A DNA stretch of 64,000 nt from Hemiscyllium ocellatum (taxonomy: Eukaryota): NCBI RefSeq assembly GCF_020745735.1, contig NC_083435.1, positions 13,795,201 to 13,859,200 on the forward strand. Direction: 5' to 3'. How positions within the stretch are numbered: position 1 is the first letter of the stretch; the number at the start of each line of letters is the position of its first letter. The notes beneath the pieces are model-generated. The model had not been told where the DNA came from, made no database searches, and worked only from the letters and a program-made list of their open reading frames with translations. The translations under genes were made by a program, and so were the position numbers. This document shows, piece by piece, positions 1 to 12,499 of the stretch.

Positions 1-628
1 TTAGGCATGAAAAACAGAAAGGAAATGTATTATTTAGGAGTGATTTATTGGTAATTATCAAAGGGGATCTGTATGTCTTTATACACGAGTCAATGAATGC
101 AGACAGATGCAGCAAGTAACTGTGAAGCTGAATGGTATATTGGTATTCATGGCAAGAGGAGAAAGTGAGGTCTGCAGATGCTGGAGATCAGAGCTGAAAA
201 TATGTTGCTGGAAAAGCGCAGCAGGTCAGGCAGCATCCAAGGAACAGGAAATTTGACGTTGGTTTGGTATTCAGAAATAAGGGTATTTTATTGCAGTTAT
301 ACAGAGCTTTGGTCAGATCGCACTTGCAGTATTTCATGCAGTTTTGGTCTCCCCACATCATAGAAGATATACTTGCCAAAGAGGGAATGCAGCATAACTT
401 CACTTGGTTGATAGTGGGGACAGGAGGATTGTCCTGTGAAGAGAGATTGGTTCAATTGGTCCAGTATTCACTCGAATTTGGAAGGATGAGAGAGGATCTT
501 ATTGGATTATGCAAAACTCTAACATGGCTAGACAGATTAGATGCAAGAAGGATTTTTTTTCCTTGGTCGGGGATTTTAGACACGGGTACAGTCTCAAGAT
601 ATGGGGTAGACCATTTAGGATTGTGGTG
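1..628 (+). mobile_element. Degenerate CR1-type LINE fragment (RT C-terminal part), continuing at about 1427-1510 after an LTR insertion
   Basis: ORF 264..647 reads ILLQLYRALVRSHLQYFMQFWSP, the CR1 ORF2 motif (cf. LYRTLVRPLLEYCVQFWSP in other copies here). CR1 sequence resumes at 1427 (gatgagaaaagaaaag...gtgaacctttggaactc). Confidence 0.85.
162..260 (-). mobile_element. Penelope-like terminal fragment (family A), ending close to the hammerhead cleavage motif
   Basis: agaaagtgaggtctgcagatgctggagatcagagctgaaaat...ggaacaggaaatttgacgtt matches the arms of the elements at 4728 and 48356. Confidence 0.85.
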
Positions 629-1426
629 TGTTATGACACAGCAGTGAATCCCTCTGCTAGATAAACCAAACACCTAGAAAAACTCGCCTTGCCTTGTAAT
701 CTGCTAAATTATGAGTAATAGAGAGTTCACAAACTCCACTATTTAAAGAAGATTGCATCAATTTATTTTTAACTCCAAAAGTTAAAGAATATTAAACAAC
801 AACTATTCACAAATCTAAGCCCCTCTTTCTCTTCACTGCTTATTACCCGCTTCTGACTCTATAACAATATGCTGCTCCAATAAGACACTTATTAAAATTA
901 CATCAACTTAATTTCAAAAACCACACTTCAACTGTCATCTTTTGTGACTTTACTCTTCTGGTTTCTAAGTTCTCTGTGTCGATTTCTTTCTTTTGAATGT
1001 GAGCATGTTTCATATAAAAAGATAGCACATATAAAAATGTATCTTTAGTAGAGAGGTTTCTTAATTTTTTTTGGGTCTGTCTCGATGTCAGTTGCTCTCC
1101 CTCTAATTTTCAAACTGCCCGCATTTTTATACCCCCAACATCAGATTGTGTCATTGGTTCAATGTTGGCAAAAGAATAAATTCGAATCCAGTTGTGTTTT
1201 GGTATCCTGGGGCATAATTTAAACTGATTGGTTACATTTGAATTGCAATCAAATCGGCAACTAAAACTCAGGTATCTATTTCACAACCAAATGTTATATA
1301 TTTTCAATTTTCCAGTTCACTCTGCGAATGCCACCTAGTCATAAACACAGGTACGTGTAAGCTCGCAGTTCAGAACAGCATGCACTCTCTCTTGAAGGTA
1401 CAGCATACTCCTTCAACTTCATAACA
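629..1426 (-). mobile_element. Solo LTR inserted in a CR1 fragment
   Basis: Perfect terminal inverted repeats TGTTATGA...TCATAACA, with a 4-bp flank GGTG/GATG (one mismatch). CR1 sequence is contiguous across it. A TATA-like motif (about 1125-1131) and AATAAA (761-766) lie on the minus strand. Confidence 0.8.
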
Positions 1427-1517
1427 GATGAGAAAAGAAAAGTCTTCCCCTGAAAGAGAGTGAACCTTTGGAACTCTCGACCGCGGAAGGCTATGGAGGC
1501 CAAGTCACTGAAAATAC

Positions 1518-2507
1518 TCAGTTATTTTGTCATTTACATAAATGATTTGGATGCGAGCATAAGAGGTACAGTTAGTAAGTTTGCAGATGACACCAAAATT
1601 GGAGGTGTAGTGGACAGGGAAGAGGGTTACCTCAGATTACAACAGGATCTGGAACCAGATGGGCCAATGAGCTGAGAAGTGGCAGGTGGAGTTTAATTCA
1701 GGTAAATGCGAGGTGCTGCATTTTGGGAAAGTAAATCTTAGAAGGACTTATACACTTAATGGTAAGGTCCTAGGGAGTGTTGCTGAACAAAGAGACCTTG
1801 GAGTGCAGGTTCATAGCTCCTTGAAAGTGGAGTTGCAGGTAGATAAGATACTGAAGAAGGCATTTGGTATGCTTTCCTTTATTGGTCAGGGTATTGAGTA
1901 CAGGAGTTGGGAGGTCATGTTGCAGCTATACAGGACATTGGTTAGGCCACTGTTGGAATATTGTGTGCAATTCTGGTCTCCTTCCTATTGGAAAGATGTT
2001 GTGGAACTTGAGAGGGTTCAGAAAAGATTTACAAGGATATTGCCAGGGTTGGAGGATCTGAGTTACAGGGAGGGGCCGAACAAGCTGTGGCTGTTTTCCC
2101 TGGAGCGTCGGAGGCTGAGGGGTGACCTTATAGAAATTTACAAAATTATGAAGGGCATGGATAGGATAAATAGACAAAGTATTTTCCCTGGCGTCAGGGA
2201 GTTCAGAACTGAAGGGCATTGGTTTTGGGTGAGAGGGGAAAGATGTAAAAGAGACCTAAGGGACAACATTTTCACACAGAGGGTGGTACATGTATGGAAT
2301 GAGCTGCCAGAGGATGTGGTGGAGGCTGGTGCAATTGCAACATTTAAGAGCCATCTGGATGGGTATATGAATAGGAAGGGTTTGGAGGGATATGGGCCGG
2401 GTGCTGGCAAGGTGGGACTAGATTGGGTTGGGATATCTGGTCGGCATGGGTGGGTTGGACCGAAGGCTCTGTTTCCATGCTGTACATCTCTATGACTCTA
2501 TGACTCT
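1518..2507 (+). mobile_element. 5'-truncated CR1 LINE (RT C-terminus and 3' tail)
   Basis: ORFs 1460..1675 (YINDLD...SKFADDTKIGG) and 1686..2495 (LYRTLVRPLLEYCVQFWSP; RRRLRGDLIE). Ends in the (CTATGACT)n tail. Confidence 0.95.
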
Positions 2508-3420
2508 AAATACTTAGTTAGATTCTAAAAGCACCAAAGGGTAGCTGGTGAAAGCGAGAAGGGGACATTGAGATAGAAGAGCAGCTCATATCATTTTGAA
2601 AGATAGAGCAGACTCAACGTGTGAATGGCAAATTCCTGCTCCTGATTTCTATATCTGGCTTCTGAAGGCTTTACCTGCCACGATCCTCACAAATGTTTGT
2701 CATCAATGAAAGTGCTTCCATACCCACTTGCAAGAACAATTCAATGACCTGTCACAAAATTCAAGGAGATTAGCTGCTTTCACCAGTTTATTCAAAGTGA
2801 GGGTAAACATTGGGTTGGAGTGGGGGATTGATCTGATCAAATTTATGAGGGATGCATTCAGTGAAAATTACCCTGCGTGTTTCCATCAGCAGTTGTTCAT
2901 GCATTTTATGTCCCCACAAACTGTATCAGTATCAAGGGATGTGGCCAGATACTTTCAGGAACTGGTCCATCCTACAGATTTTATGGCAAATTTCCTTCTG
3001 TACTTGTATCAGCATATGAGCATTCTTCGCTCCACTCGCTAGGTCACTTCCAAGTCCAAAGCAAAGTGAATTTTCCACTTTTTCCTGCAGGTGTGGATCA
3101 ACCACACAGATGACTCTTGCATTTCATAAGAACTAAATCTAATTTGCTCAAGAGGAGCTTCATTCTGTTTGAAGGCAACACACTTTTTCTTATAGAGGTG
3201 ATTGATTAATGCTTGTTTTCATATAAATGCTAAGTCGATTCTAGTCCCATCTCAATTTTCATCTGTTCATTGAAATGATAGATCTAGGACAATTAGAATT
3301 TTATGAATTAAGTATTTCAAGAGATGCCAAAAGGGGGACCAGTTAAGAAACTGAACAGCCCTGATTTGACTGAATGGGTGTAGCAGCATCTTGTCCTTTT
3401 AGATATTTTAAATCACCATC

Positions 3421-3520
3421 TTCAGAGATGTTATGACACACATTTGGAGCAGATAGGACTTGAACACGGACCTTCTAGCGCTGAGGGAGGGACATTACCA
3501 CAGTACTGCAAGAACTCCTA
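3421..3520 (-). mobile_element. tRNA-derived SINE head (non-HE1 family)
   Basis: Reverse complement gives an A-box/B-box-like head (...tgtggtaatgtccc...gttcaagtcctatctgctcca) similar to copies at 22013 and 58180. Confidence 0.55.
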
Positions 3521-3804
3521 GGGGTTTATCCTTTCAGGAGGGAAATCTGCTGTCCTCACCTGATCGGGAGCGCACGTGACACTGGACCCAATGCAACATG
3601 GTTGATTCTTCACTGCTGTCTGAAATACTCATTCGGTTCAAGGGTAATTAGAGACGGGCAACAAGTGTTGTCCTAGTTGGCAATGCCCACATCCAATTAA
3701 ACATTTTTCTTTTCAAAAAGCTCCTGTTCCTGTTTTTCCTTATAGTAGCACTAACAATGGAGCACTTCCACATGCTTTTAGTCGTCATGAATCCCCAGGA
3801 TTTT

Positions 3805-4560
3805 GTAAAGGCAAATCTTAGCAGGATTTATACACTTAATGGAAAGGTCCTGGGAGTGTTCCTGAAAAGTGTGATCTTGGAATGCAGGTTCATAGTCCCT
3901 TGCAAGTAGAATTGCAGTGGATAGGATAGTGAAGAAGGTATTTCCTTTATTGGTCAGAGTATTGAGTAAAGAGCTGGGAGGTCATGTTACGGCTGTACAG
4001 GAAGTTGGTTAGGCTATTTTTTGGAATATTGCATGCAATTCTGGTCTTCTTCCTATCCGAAGGCCGTTATGAAACTTGAAAGGGTTTGGAAAATATTAAC
4101 AAGGATGTTGCCAGGGTTGGAGGATTTGTGCTATAGGGAGAGGCTGAACAAACTGGGGCTGTTTTCACTGGAGCGGCTGAGGGGCGACCTTATACAGGTT
4201 TATAAAATCATAAGGAGCATGGATAGGATAAATAGACAAGGTCTTTGTCCTGGGATGGGAGAGTCCAGAACTAGAGGGTATAGGTTTAGAGTGAGAGATG
4301 AAAGACATAAAAGGGACTGAAGGGGCAAGGTTTTCACACAGAGGGTGATGCGTGCATGAACTGAGCTGCCAGAGGAAGTGGTGGAGGCTAGTTCAATGAC
4401 AGCGTTTAAAGGGCATCTGGGTGGGTAAATGAATAAGAAGGTTTTAAAGGGATATGGGCCAAGTGCTGGCAAATGGGACTAGTTTAGGTTGGAATATCTG
4501 GTCTGCATGGACAAGCTAAACCGAAAGGTCTGTTTCCGTCCTATATATCTCTATGACTCT
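3805..4560 (+). mobile_element. 5'-truncated CR1 LINE
   Basis: ORF 4021..4320 (EYCMQFWS...RLRGDLIQVYK) with frameshifts; ctctatgactct tail at about 4549-4560. Confidence 0.92.
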
Positions 4561-4727
4561 TAATAACTCAGATGTGCGAGAAAACTCCTCAAAGTGTGTT
4601 AGCACCGCCGAGAACTGCGCCCCCTGCTGCATCTGCGTCTCTCTCCCAGCAGGTTTAAGATCGACTCCAAAGTGAGAAATGGAGCTAATGCAGGGTAATT
4701 CTCAGTATGAGGCTCACAGTTTATTTC

Positions 4728-4955
4728 GAGTAAAAAGTGAGGTCTGCAGACGCTGGAGATCAGAGCTGACAATGTGTTGCTGGTTAAAGCGCAGCAGGTC
4801 AGGCAGCATCCAAGGAACAGGAAATTCGACGTTTCGGGCACAAGCCCTTCATCAGGCTTGTCATTCCTGATGAAGGGCTTGTGCCCGAAACGTCGAATTT
4901 CCTGTTCCTTGGATGCTGCCTGACCTGCTGCGCTTTAACCAGCAACACATTTTCA
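4728..4955. mobile_element. Non-autonomous Penelope-derived element with inverted arms (family A) and two hammerhead motifs
   Basis: Arms of about 100 bp are reverse complements around ctt-gtc-att. Flanked by the direct repeat gctcacagtttatttc (4712-4727 and 4956-4971). Confidence 0.88.
4863..4898 (+). ncRNA. Minimal type I hammerhead ribozyme motif (family A)
   Basis: ATTC-CTGATGA-A-GGGC-TTGT-GCCC-GAAA-CGTC-GAAT: core boxes, stem II, stem I (ATTC/GAAT), palindromic ACGT in place of stem III, and a GUC triplet. Confidence 0.8.
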
Positions 4956-4999
4956 GCTCACAGTTTATTTCCCCTTGTATAGGAATGTCCCGTGGATTA

Positions 5000-5550
5000 C
5001 CTGTGCCTAATAATGGCGAATAACGTCTGCACAGAACTGCATGCAATGATCGTCCTGCTTTTCCTGTGATTCCTGCTCGATTCCCCTTGGAGAAATGTTT
5101 AGTACATAAATGGCATTCGATCCAGACCGAGCACTCCCAGGAACCATCCTAGCCCCACATCCTCAACCACCCAACCCCACCCCCAGCCCGGGAACGAGCC
5201 GGAAGTTTCACAACATTGTATAGAGGCTGAGATGAACATAGCGCCTCTGACGGTTCGCCTCTGACCATGCGCCTCGCTAAAGCACTGGACAATAGCAACA
5301 GCCTGTCAGAGTTTCCGTTGATCAGCGCTGGCGTCCGAGCTGTCAAAGATTGTGCAAACACCCGGCGTGGCTGCAACAACAGCGGGAAAGCTCTGCAAAG
5401 AAGCAAACCAGGAGAGCCAGTGCGGAAATTTGAGCGGCGGTCATCCACACCCCCACCCCCGCCAAAACATACACATTCATTTCTCTGCACCCACACACCA
5501 TTCAATACGCGTGAGTTTCCATGCGGGTGACTGTTTCTGCAACTGCTCGG
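5000..5550. promoter_or_regulatory. CpG-rich promoter-like segment
   Basis: High CpG density relative to flanks, CCGGAAGT ETS site at 5199-5206, and a minus-strand donor CACAG|GTAATC at 5001/5000. No gene could be assigned. Confidence 0.4.
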
Positions 5551-6460
5551 CATGATAACAGAGAATTCAGTTAAAAAGTGTGTTTGTGTACTTTACTCAA
5601 TTTGCACTAATTAATCATTGCCGCTAGCAAACGGTTTTGAAACAGTAATCTTGCCGTTTCTTACACCGTCATTTTGCGTTCAGTGCAGATTTCAGCCAAA
5701 TATCCTGGTGATTTTCTAAAAAGCAAGGTAGAGAAGGATATGAAAATAAAATGAACAGAAGCAGGTACAGTATTACCTTGTCAGTGGCCTTGTAAATCAG
5801 ATACCGGTATAATGCTACAAGGGATGAAATCCCATTGTAGTGTCTAGTGCAATTTAAATTCCATTTAAAAATCTGCGATTGACTGCTTAAACTACACAAA
5901 CCCATCCAGTTGCAAGGGAAATATGTCACCCTCATCTGATCCGCCCCAAATGCGAATCTAAAACACACAATTCACTTTCAACTTGTCTCGGGAATAGCCC
6001 CAAAAAAACCAATTCAGTTCAAGCCCAGTGAGGGGCGTCGGTATCTTATTGGAGGTGCTAGGGGCAGAAGCACGTGCGGGACCCCAGCCAAGACCCAATC
6101 CCCTATTTCTGTAGAGGTAATACACGAGGAAGAACTTTGCAGTTTAACATGCACAATATGTTCCTGTGTCTTACATCGCCATGCACTGAAAGACAAGGAC
6201 TGCGTTCAGCAATGCTGGGCTCTGGGAGGCTTAATAAGTTCATCACGAAATGTCAGCTTTCTGCTCTTTAAAGATTGTGTCAATAAATAAGCCAAACATC
6301 TTGATCAGATACCGTGAGACGATTCGCACCAAAGCATAAACTGTTGGGACATAGAAGTGCTAACTGCTTTCGTTTCACACCACAAGGTGTTTTGCTCAAC
6401 TTTGCATTTGTAGGTGCGAAAACAAAAAAACTTCTGCAAAATTCAACAATCAATACATAC

Positions 6461-6466
6461 TTTATT
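6461..6466 (-). terminator. Candidate polyadenylation signal of the Ig-V receptor gene
   Basis: AATAAA on minus, about 840 nt past the stop at 7306, followed by a GU/U-rich stretch (gtatgtattgattgttgaattttgcagaagttttttttg). Confidence 0.5.
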
Positions 6467-7305
6467 ACACAAACTCCCACTCGTTAACTCCCAATTGATT
6501 TGGCAGAACGCCTGAGGTAGTTGGACATGACATGAGGTGAGGTGACCAGGACATTCCCCCCCGCCCAGTCATCCCAGCTGACTCCCGGCCTGACTTATGA
6601 AAGGAGGACTCCAGTTGATACTTGGTCAAGTGATCTCCCACGAGAGTTGAGGGGTGGGGTTGGATCTGTTAGCTGGGAACTCCGGGCTGGCTCAATTTCA
6701 ACTGGCTTAAAAGAGGTCGGATAGGACTGACTCTTACCCCTTGCCTCTCCACCCGCAGTGCAGGAAGCGGGGCGTGGGTGACTCGCTGAAAACAGCAGCG
6801 GACTGAAGGATCAGTGGAGACTCAACCAGCCAAGATCCCAGGTAACTTGACCCGAATACGCCCGTGGATGGAATCGGTTCTGAAGGACTGATTTCCGCTG
6901 AAGGCAATGGGGGGTGATAGTGACTGGAGTGCAGACAAATGTGAACTCGGGGTGATGTGTGGAGGAGGAGGTTAGGGGGCAGGGGAGCAGGGAGTCCGTG
7001 TACCCAGCCAATTATTCATAGTGTCCCAAACGTACTCATTTCCACTTATAACCACTTCACTGTCCAACATCTTCATCCCTCGGTGCAAATCATGAATTCT
7101 AAAATGGCGACTAATAGGGTTTGGAGGGCTGTAATCTTGGCATGATTATCTATTCATTTTTGACGTGACAGGAATCAAGCAAAATATTAAAACAACACAG
7201 AAAAAAGGAAATCGTCTCTAGCCTTCGGGAAAGACTGTGGCGTGGCTGAGGATCCTAAATAATGTATGTTTGAGCAGTAGTTGTACATTTCCTCTGTTGT
7301 TGAGG

Positions 7306-7434
7306 TTAGGTCTGTCTGCCATGGTTTGGCTCAACATGGATGTAGTCCGCATTCTCCATCTTGTAGTGCCCTTTGGGTTTTCTTTTCTTTCTCTTCTCCT
7401 CTTGACCAGAGCTCGAAGTTTTTCCCTCTCGGTG
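7306..7434 (-). CDS. Ig-V receptor, putative terminal coding exon: HREGKTSSSGQEEKRKKRKPKGHYKMENADYIHVEPNHGRQT*
   Basis: Acceptor ccgttgttttcaaag|CAC, phase 0, 42 codons plus TAA in unique sequence. Contains YKME and ADYIHV. Assignment to the receptor rests on phase and position. Confidence 0.55.
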   Translation of the reverse strand, partial: HREGKTSSSGQEEKRKKRKPKGHYKMENADYIHVEPNHGRQT

Positions 7435-7546
7435 CTTTGAAAACAACGGTCACAATGGTGAGATCGGTTTTTCCCAAGCCACCCAGCTGAAGGACAACTA
7501 CAGATGAGCGAGAAAACGCTAGCCATGACAAGTGAACAAAGTTTTT

Positions 7547-7972
7547 TTTAAAATCACACAACACCAGGTTATAGTCCGACACGTTTAATTGGAAGCACAC
7601 TCGCTTTCGGAGCAACGCTCCTTCATCAGGTGATTTTAGATTACATTACAGTGTGGAAACGGGCCCTTCGGCACAGCAAGTCCACACCGACCTGCAACCC
7701 ACCCATACCCCTACACCTACCCCTTACCCAACACTAGGGGCAATTTAGCATGGTCAATTCACCTGACCTGCACATCTTTGTGACTGTGCAGACACGGGAA
7801 GAATGTGCAAACAATCGCCTGAAGTGGGAGTTGTACCCGGGTCTCTGGCGCTGTGAGGCAGCAGTGCTAACCACTGTGCTACCGTGCCGCCCATAAGACT
7901 TTTGGACTATAACCTGGTGTTGTGTGATTTTTAACTTTGTACACCCCAGTCCAACACCGGTATCTCCAAATC
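7547..7972. mobile_element. Penelope-derived inverted-arm element (family B) interrupted by an HE1 SINE
   Basis: aaaatcacacaacaccaggttatagtcc...gctttcggagcaacgctccttcatcaggtg on the left; reverse-complement arm ggactataacctggtgttgtgtgatttt...ctccaaatcat on the right. Confidence 0.8.
7636..7892 (-). mobile_element. HE1-type SINE
   Basis: Minus strand begins gggcggcacggtagcacagtggttagcactgctgcctcacagcgccagagacccggg (tRNA-like head) and ends ...tttccacactgtaatgtaatctaa. Confidence 0.85.
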
Positions 7973-8635
7973 ATGACAGTGAAGCCCACATCCCACGAAT
8001 GAGATTGTGGCTGAATTTTCAAACCACTTTCCTGCCTTTTTCACCATTCTCCCCAATTTATTCGACAAGAGGGAGGAATAGCCAGAAAACCCCACTGTAG
8101 TTTCAACACAACGTTTTTTTTCTCTTAAGATGATATTAAACTTCACAGAGGGGCCGATCTGGAAGGATATGACGTAGAAGGACAGAGACTGCATCTCCAA
8201 TGTCCACCAGACAAAACTATGAATGAATGCCTCAGATCAGATATTTTTAAAATATCAAATGTGTGAAGGTCTAATCGAGACTGGAGGATTCACCCAGCTT
8301 GAGCTGGAGGGAGCATATTGAAAGACAATTCTCGGAATAAATTTTCCAGGAAGGCAATGAAAACGAACATAAACAAATTTTTAGGAGCAAAAAAATGCTG
8401 TTGGACTGATTTCAGAAGTACTGAATGTCTATTTAAGACTCAAGATAATATCTAGCCATTTGTGGGATTTTTGGTTGTATTAAAAAGTAAAGGGGGACAT
8501 TCTGTTCTGTAATTTAAAGGATAAGTTAACTGCAAAAAACGTCAATGTTTCATTTAGCTTGTTGAAATCAAAATTTGAAGACTTGAAATCCTGTGGTTTT
8601 CCTTTAAGTTGCTCACTGGGATGTTGTTTTACTTT

Positions 8636-8945
8636 GCACGGTGGCTCAGTATTTAGCACTGCTGACTCACAGAACTAGGGATTCAGGCTCGATTTTGGCG
8701 TCAGGTGACTGTCTGTGTGGAGATTACACATTCTCCCCATGGGTTTCCTATGCATGGTCCGGTTTCTTCCTACTGTCCAAAGATATGCTCAATTGTCTAG
8801 AGTGTCCAGGGATGCGTAGATTAGGTGCATTAGTCATGGAGAATATAGGGTTATGGGGATTGGATAGGGTGGTAGGTCTGCATGGGATGTTCTTTGGAAG
8901 GCTGGTATTGGCCGAATGGCCTCCTTTTGCACAGTAGGGATTCTA
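8636..8945 (+). mobile_element. Diverged HE1-type SINE
   Basis: gcacggtggctcagtatttagcactgctgactcacag head; ctgtctgtgtggagattacacattctcccc core. Confidence 0.75.
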
Positions 8946-9049
8946 GCTGGAATGAAAGCTATTAAGTTTTTGGAGAGGATATATGAGGAAATGGCATCAG
9001 GATTTCAGATAGATAGGATAGCCATTTTATTTACTTAAAGTAGAACATT

Positions 9050-9887
9050 TGAAGGAACGGGCAGATGGAGTTTAACTCAGATAAATGCGAGCTGTTGTAT
9101 TTTGTGAAAGTAAATCTTAGCAGGACTAATACACTGAATGGTAAGGTCCTAGGGAGTGTTGCTGAACAAAGAAACCTTGGAGTGCAGGTTCATAGCTCCT
9201 TGAAAGTGGAGTTGCAGGTAGATAGGATAGTGAAGAAGGCGTTTGGTATGCTTTCTTGTATTGGTCAGAGTATTGAGTACAGGAGTTGGGAGGTCATGTT
9301 GCGGCTGTACAGGACATTGGTTAGGCCACTGTTGGAATATTGTGTGCAATTCTGGTCTCCTTCCTATCGGAAAGATGTTGTGAAACTTGAAAATGTTCAG
9401 ACAATATTTACAAAGATGTTGCCAGGGTTGGAGGATGTGAGCTATAAGGAGAGGCTGAACAGGCTGAGGCTGTTTTCCCTGGAATGTCGGAGGCTGAGGG
9501 GTGACCTTAGAGAGGTTTACAAAATTATGAGGGGCATGGATATGATAAATAGACAAAGTCTTTTCCCTGGGGCTGGGGAGTCCAGAAGTAGAGGGCATAG
9601 GTTTAGGGTGAGAGGGGAAAGTTGTAAAAGAAACCTAAGGGGCAACCTTTTCACATAGAGGGTGGTACATGTGTGGAATGAGTTGCCAGAGGAAGTGGTG
9701 GAGGCTGGTACAATTGCAACATTTAAGAGGCATTTGGATGGGTATCTGAATAGGAAGGGTTTGGAGGGATATGGGCCGGGTGCTGGCAGGTGGGACTAGA
9801 TTGGGTTGGGATATCTGATCGGCATGAATGGGTTGGACTGAAGGGTCTGTTTCCATGCTGCACATCTCTATGACTCTATGATTCTAT
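9050..9887 (+). mobile_element. 5'-truncated CR1 LINE
   Basis: ORF 9065..9658 is nearly the same as ORF 1686..2495; ctctatgactctatgattct tail. Confidence 0.95.
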
Positions 9888-10164
9888 CATCAAACTATCC
9901 AAAATATTTTGATAAAGTAAATTTAAAGAAATTGTTTCACAAGGCTTGAAAGATGTCAATCAAAGGAAACAGGGTTTTAGATGCTGTGTCATATGATCGA
10001 AAGTGAATAATTAATAATCTTGTCCTAAAAATACTTTAGGGATGAGTGAAGACAATATGGTACCATTTACATGAGATTTGAATGTAAGATATTTCAATAT
10101 AAGACAAGGGTGCTAAATTTGACTAAAGAAAGTTATTAAGGCATGAAGCACAAAATATGTGCAG

Positions 10165-10314
10165 GCCAAGTGAATTGGTCATGCGAAATTGCCCATAGTG
10201 ATAGATGCATTAGTCAGAGGGAAATGGGACTGGGTGGTTACTCTTTGGAGGTCGGTGTGGACTTGTTGAGCCAAAGGGCCTGTTTCCACACTGTAGGGAA
10301 TCTAATCTAATCTT
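10165..10314 (+). mobile_element. HE1 SINE 3' half
   Basis: gtgaattggtcatgcgaaattgccc...gggcctgtttccacactgtagggaatctaatctaatct. Confidence 0.75.
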
Positions 10315-10559
10315 TAAAAAAAGGTGCTGAAGCAAATTGAGTAATTATATGCAAAGGCATAACTGTACATAGCAAAGGATAGTGTTTAAAGAAATTAGCG
10401 CGAGTTACGACAATTATACATTTCTTCAAGATGGAAAAATGCAAAAAGGATCCGTCAAACATGATCAACAAAGGAACTTCTGGATTGTATAAGATTAAAA
10501 ACAAAAGCCTCTTACGTTGTCAGAAATAACAATAAATCTGAGGATTGGAAGCTTTTTTA

Positions 10560-12330
10560 GAGGTCCGAGAAACTGACATGGAAAGGGAAGATAAAATATG
10601 AATGCAATCTAACAACTACAAAAAAAAGTGAAATAGTTTCTATAGATACTGGATCCTTACAGACAGTCAGGAGAAATGACAAAGAAGCTTTGTGATGATT
10701 ACTTTGTGTCTGTTTTCACTGAAGAACATTAAAGAAATCTCCTCGTACTAAAGGTCCAAATGGCTATGGAGAATGAAGGGCTAAAAGAAATTAGCATTAG
10801 TAAGAAGATTGTACTGGAGAAATTAATAGGCCTGGAAGCTGATGAATCTCCAAAACCTACCAGAGTGTCAGTGGTAGTAGTTTTAGAGATGGTGATAATC
10901 AGTGCGTTAATGATTATCTTCCAAAATTATACAGATTTGGCAAAACTTTCTGCAGTTTCGAAGATTCCTGAAGTATCAAGTGTGCCCGCTTTAGAAGGAG
11001 TCAGAGAGAAAGCAAGGAACTAAGGCCTGTTAACCTCATATCAATAGTAGAGAAAGAGCTTGAATCAATTAGAAAGAATGTCATATATAGATACTTGGAT
11101 AATAATGATCTGATCGGGTATAGCATGAAATGCAAGTAAGAAAATCACGTTTAATGAAATTGTTCGAGATGTTTGAAATATTATTTTTAAAAATAATAAA
11201 AAGGAGCCAATGAAGAAGATCTACTTAGATTTTCAGAAGCCTTTTGATAGTCATTTGAATTTCAGAAGATTTTTGATTTGTCCTGCACAGCCTTAATAAT
11301 GTGTTATCAGATAGATATCAGAGATTAGGAATACATAGGTAATTCACACATTGGCAGAAGTGTATCACAACAATTGGGCCCCAGCTGTTCACAATATTTA
11401 TCAATTATATTGAGTTGGGACCAACTGGAATATTTCCAAATTTGCAAATGATACAACACTAAGTGTAACTGTGTGTTGTGAAGTAGATGTAAAGCATTTG
11501 CAGGCTTGGTGAAGAGGCGAGAACATGGCAATTTTAGCACTTTGATAGGAGGAACCAATGTTCTTAAAAGAAGAAGAGCTTAGAAAGTATAAGTGCACAA
11601 AGAGATCATAATATACTTGGGATAAATTACTGAAGGCAAGCACATTAGTGCAGCAATCTATTAAGAAGGTTATTGGAATGTCTCCCTCATGGCAAAAAGG
11701 TTTGAGTACAGGAGTAGTGAAATCTTGCTTCAATTCTATGGGAGCTTGGTTAGACTTCACCTGGAGTATTGTCTGCAGTTTTAGTCTCTTCTTCTCAGAA
11801 AGGTATTATTGCTGTAGAGGGAGTGCAACAAGGATTCACAAGGCTTGTTCCTGGGGTTGTGGGACTGTTATATGAGGACAGATTGAGCAAACTGGCCTGT
11901 ATTCTCTAGTGTTTAAATAATGAGAAGTGATTTCATGAAATCTGGATTGATAGCCAAATCTGATAGATAGACGATACTCAAACAGATAGACAATACAGAT
12001 GCAGGAAAGATATTTCCTATGGTTGTAGAATCTAGAATAAGAGGATATTATGAATAAAGAAGAAGAATGTAAATGAGGTCCAAAATGATGAGATTTGTTT
12101 CTGACTCAGAGAGCTGTCAATCTTTGGGACTCACTATGACAGGGGAGCTATGAAAGCTCGGTCATTGTGGATGTTTATGGTAGAGGTTCATGGGTTTCTC
12201 ATTACCGGTTGTTTTGTAGGGTTAAGGGGGTGGGTGGGTAAAAGGCATTGAAGTTTTTGAATGGCCATGATCATATGGAATGGCAGGGCAGATTCAGGCT
12301 GAATGGCCAACTTCTGTTGTAATGCACCCA
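10560..12330 (+). mobile_element. Old, heavily decayed CR1 LINE ORF2 remnant
   Basis: ORF 10760..11023 (ISKKIVLEKLIGLEADESP) and scattered motifs (tacttagattttcagaagccttttgatag = YLDFQKPFD; ttagacttcacctggagtattgt). Confidence 0.75.
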
Positions 12331-12372
12331 TTACATTTTAAAGATAGAATGTTCCAAAAGGATCCTACTTAC

Positions 12373-12407
12373 AGCGTGCTTCCCTTTCTTATTTGATGGG
12401 GCAGACT
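12373..12407 (-). CDS. Ig-V receptor, candidate cytoplasmic exon B (35 nt): (E)SAPSNKKGKHA
   Basis: Acceptor ttacttctttccaatag|AG and donor GCT|gtaagt; phase 1 to 0 fits between the 19-nt exon and the terminal exon. Confidence 0.5.
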
Positions 12408-12499
12408 CTATTGGAAAGAAGTAACAATGGGTTAGCAAATTTACATATGAAATGCAGAAAGTCACAAATATAACAGCCCATCCATATCTTTACCCAACC

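Noticed and set aside
2728-3113. Two overlapping ORFs of about 80-100 aa in unique sequence
   Set aside because: No recognisable motif or convincing splice-site pair; length is within chance for this window.
7237-7440. Hydrophobic plus-strand ORF as an LST1-like TM protein
   Set aside because: It is the antisense read of the purine-rich terminal exon; CT-richness explains the hydrophobicity.
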